Virus record (IMG/VR): IMGVR_UViG_3300023267_000001
Span: 1-64,000 of that record
Source of the DNA: a virus
Lineage: Duplodnaviria > Caudoviricetes
Direction: 5' to 3' (one strand)
Length of the DNA stretch: 64,000 nt
The translations under genes were made by a program, and so were the position numbers. Shown here one piece after another: positions 62,928 to 64,000 of the stretch (its first letter is position 1; each line of letters begins with the position of its first letter). The notes under the pieces were generated by a model. It worked only from the letters and a program-made list of their open reading frames with translations. It was not told where the DNA came from and did not search any database.

Positions 62928-64000
62928 TGTGGCAACGGTTGTGCAGGGGGCTGTGCAACGGGCTGAACCGGCTGTGGCATCGCGCCCTTGAGCATGGTTT
63001 CAATCTGAACCACAAGCTGACCAAGCTGCTGAATTTGCTGCTCTTGCTTCACAAGTTCGGCGGCGACCGGCTTGGCGACTTTTTCCTCAACCATCGCCAT
63101 GATGCCCTTGGTCAATTCTTGAATCATTGGAGCAACCTGACTCTGGGTGTCTGGCTGTGCTGGAGGCGCGACCTGCGGTGCTGGCTGGGCCGCCGGAGCC
63201 TCTTGTTGCGGCATTGGCTGTCCGGTGTCGGGGTGAACCTCGCCATCGCCTGCGGGCTTCTGTAGCTCCGTGCCAAGTTTGAAATCCCTGTCGGCTCCGC
63301 CAATCTTTGCCGCCTGCTCGATAAGCTTGATGATTTTGTCGGCTCCAATGCGGGCAGACAACTCTGGATGCGAGGAGATGACGCCAATCGCGGTGAACAT
63401 CATCTGCGCGGTCTGCTGGTCGGTGTCCGGCTCGTCGTCGCCACCAATGCGCGCGAAGTCCTGCAAGTCAATCTTGCCCTTGTCGCCCTTGATTTGAATC
63501 TTGCCGCCTGACTTGCCGGAAATCTCGAATCCTAATTCTTTCAAGACTTTTTCGACATCGGGGATGTCCTCGGAAACTTCGGCCTCAAAACCGGCGTCCA
63601 TGTAGGCAAGCGCGGCGGTGAAAATCTGAATCTTCCAAGCGTCGGTTCCGGCGTCAATGGAGGAGCCGATGTAGTTCAACTGCTGGTCGGAATACTGGCT
63701 GACTGTCTTGATTTCTTCCGCCGACTGATAATGCTTGGCAGTCGCCCCGACTTCCTGCGCGGTGAATTGCAACACGCGCTCCATCAGGTCAAGCACGGTG
63801 CCCATCATCTGCATCATGTCTTGAATCGTGCGGTAGGTAAGCTGGACGGGCACGAAGGCGTCCTTCATGTTCAATCCGGCACGGCTCGACTTCTGGGAGT
63901 CAAACGGCAGCAGGTTCATGCTGCGGTAGCGATTTTCGCCAAGATTTAGTAGGGCATCTACGTCCGTCTTGTTGACGATGTTGGTGTCGTAGAAAATGAA
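62924..64000 (-). CDS. portal protein, C-terminal part (5' end outside the window)
   Basis: Frame is open to base 64000 (FIFYDTNIVNK...); helical body and Gln/Pro-rich tail; portal-small-scaffold-capsid synteny. Confidence 0.6.
   Translation of the reverse strand, partial: FIFYDTNIVNKTDVDALLNLGENRYRSMNLLPFDSQKSSRAGLNMKDAFVPVQLTYRTIQDMMQMMGTVLDLMERVLQFTAQEVGATAKHYQSAEEIKTVSQYSDQQLNYIGSSIDAGTDAWKIQIFTAALAYMDAGFEAEVSEDIPDVEKVLKELGFEISGKSGGKIQIKGDKGKIDLQDFARIGGDDEPDTDQQTAQMMFTAIGVISSHPELSARIGADKIIKLIEQAAKIGGADRDFKLGTELQKPAGDGEVHPDTGQPMPQQEAPAAQPAPQVAPPAQPDTQSQVAPMIQELTKGIMAMVEEKVAKPVAAELVKQEQQIQQLGQLVVQIETMLKGAMPQPVQPVAQPPAQPLPQ

Noticed and set aside
1-64000. CRISPR or TIGR-like arrays, tRNA, tmRNA, reverse transcriptase/DGR
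   Set aside because: I saw no regularly spaced repeats, T-loop/acceptor cloverleaf or YxDD RT motif by eye; tRNAscan and CRISPR finders were not run.

Overview
This window is a 64-kb segment of a tailed dsDNA phage or prophage genome, probably podovirus-like. The host is probably Verrucomicrobiota; that is inferred from A/T-rich, SD-less start contexts such as TTTATG and a Verrucomicrobia-type C-terminal sorting motif. Layout: (1) 1-24.9 kb holds small early genes, several homing-type endonucleases (3 HNH, 1 GIY-YIG, 1 PD-(D/E)XK), an IS1-family transposase with AT-rich cargo, an RNA ligase, and an AAA / SMC-like / RecE-like recombination module. (2) 24.9-30 kb (minus strand) holds lysis-like membrane genes including an orphan response-regulator receiver, plus signal-peptide-bearing spike-like genes. 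(3) 30.1-41.4 kb (plus strand) is a block of probable ejection proteins. (4) 41.4-64 kb (minus strand) is the morphogenesis operon: portal, scaffold, major capsid, adaptor, multi-domain tail protein and nozzle. The main candidate new system is a 12-gene, translationally coupled cassette embedded in that operon: 7 glycosyltransferase genes, 3 SAM methyltransferases, a DHH phosphoesterase and a DUF3307-like membrane protein. One transferase resembles polypeptide GalNAc-transferases, and the major capsid ends in GGSG-TTTTTT-YH, suggesting mucin-type O-glycosylation and methylation of the virion. Also notable are a candidate type I hammerhead ribozyme (1472-1530, minus), other structured RNAs, and an unannotated small-ORF + KELxH IrrE-like peptidase pair. 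All family calls come from motif recognition by eye; no database search or folding program was run. Several start codons were moved from the ORF track to the ATG with the better start context.
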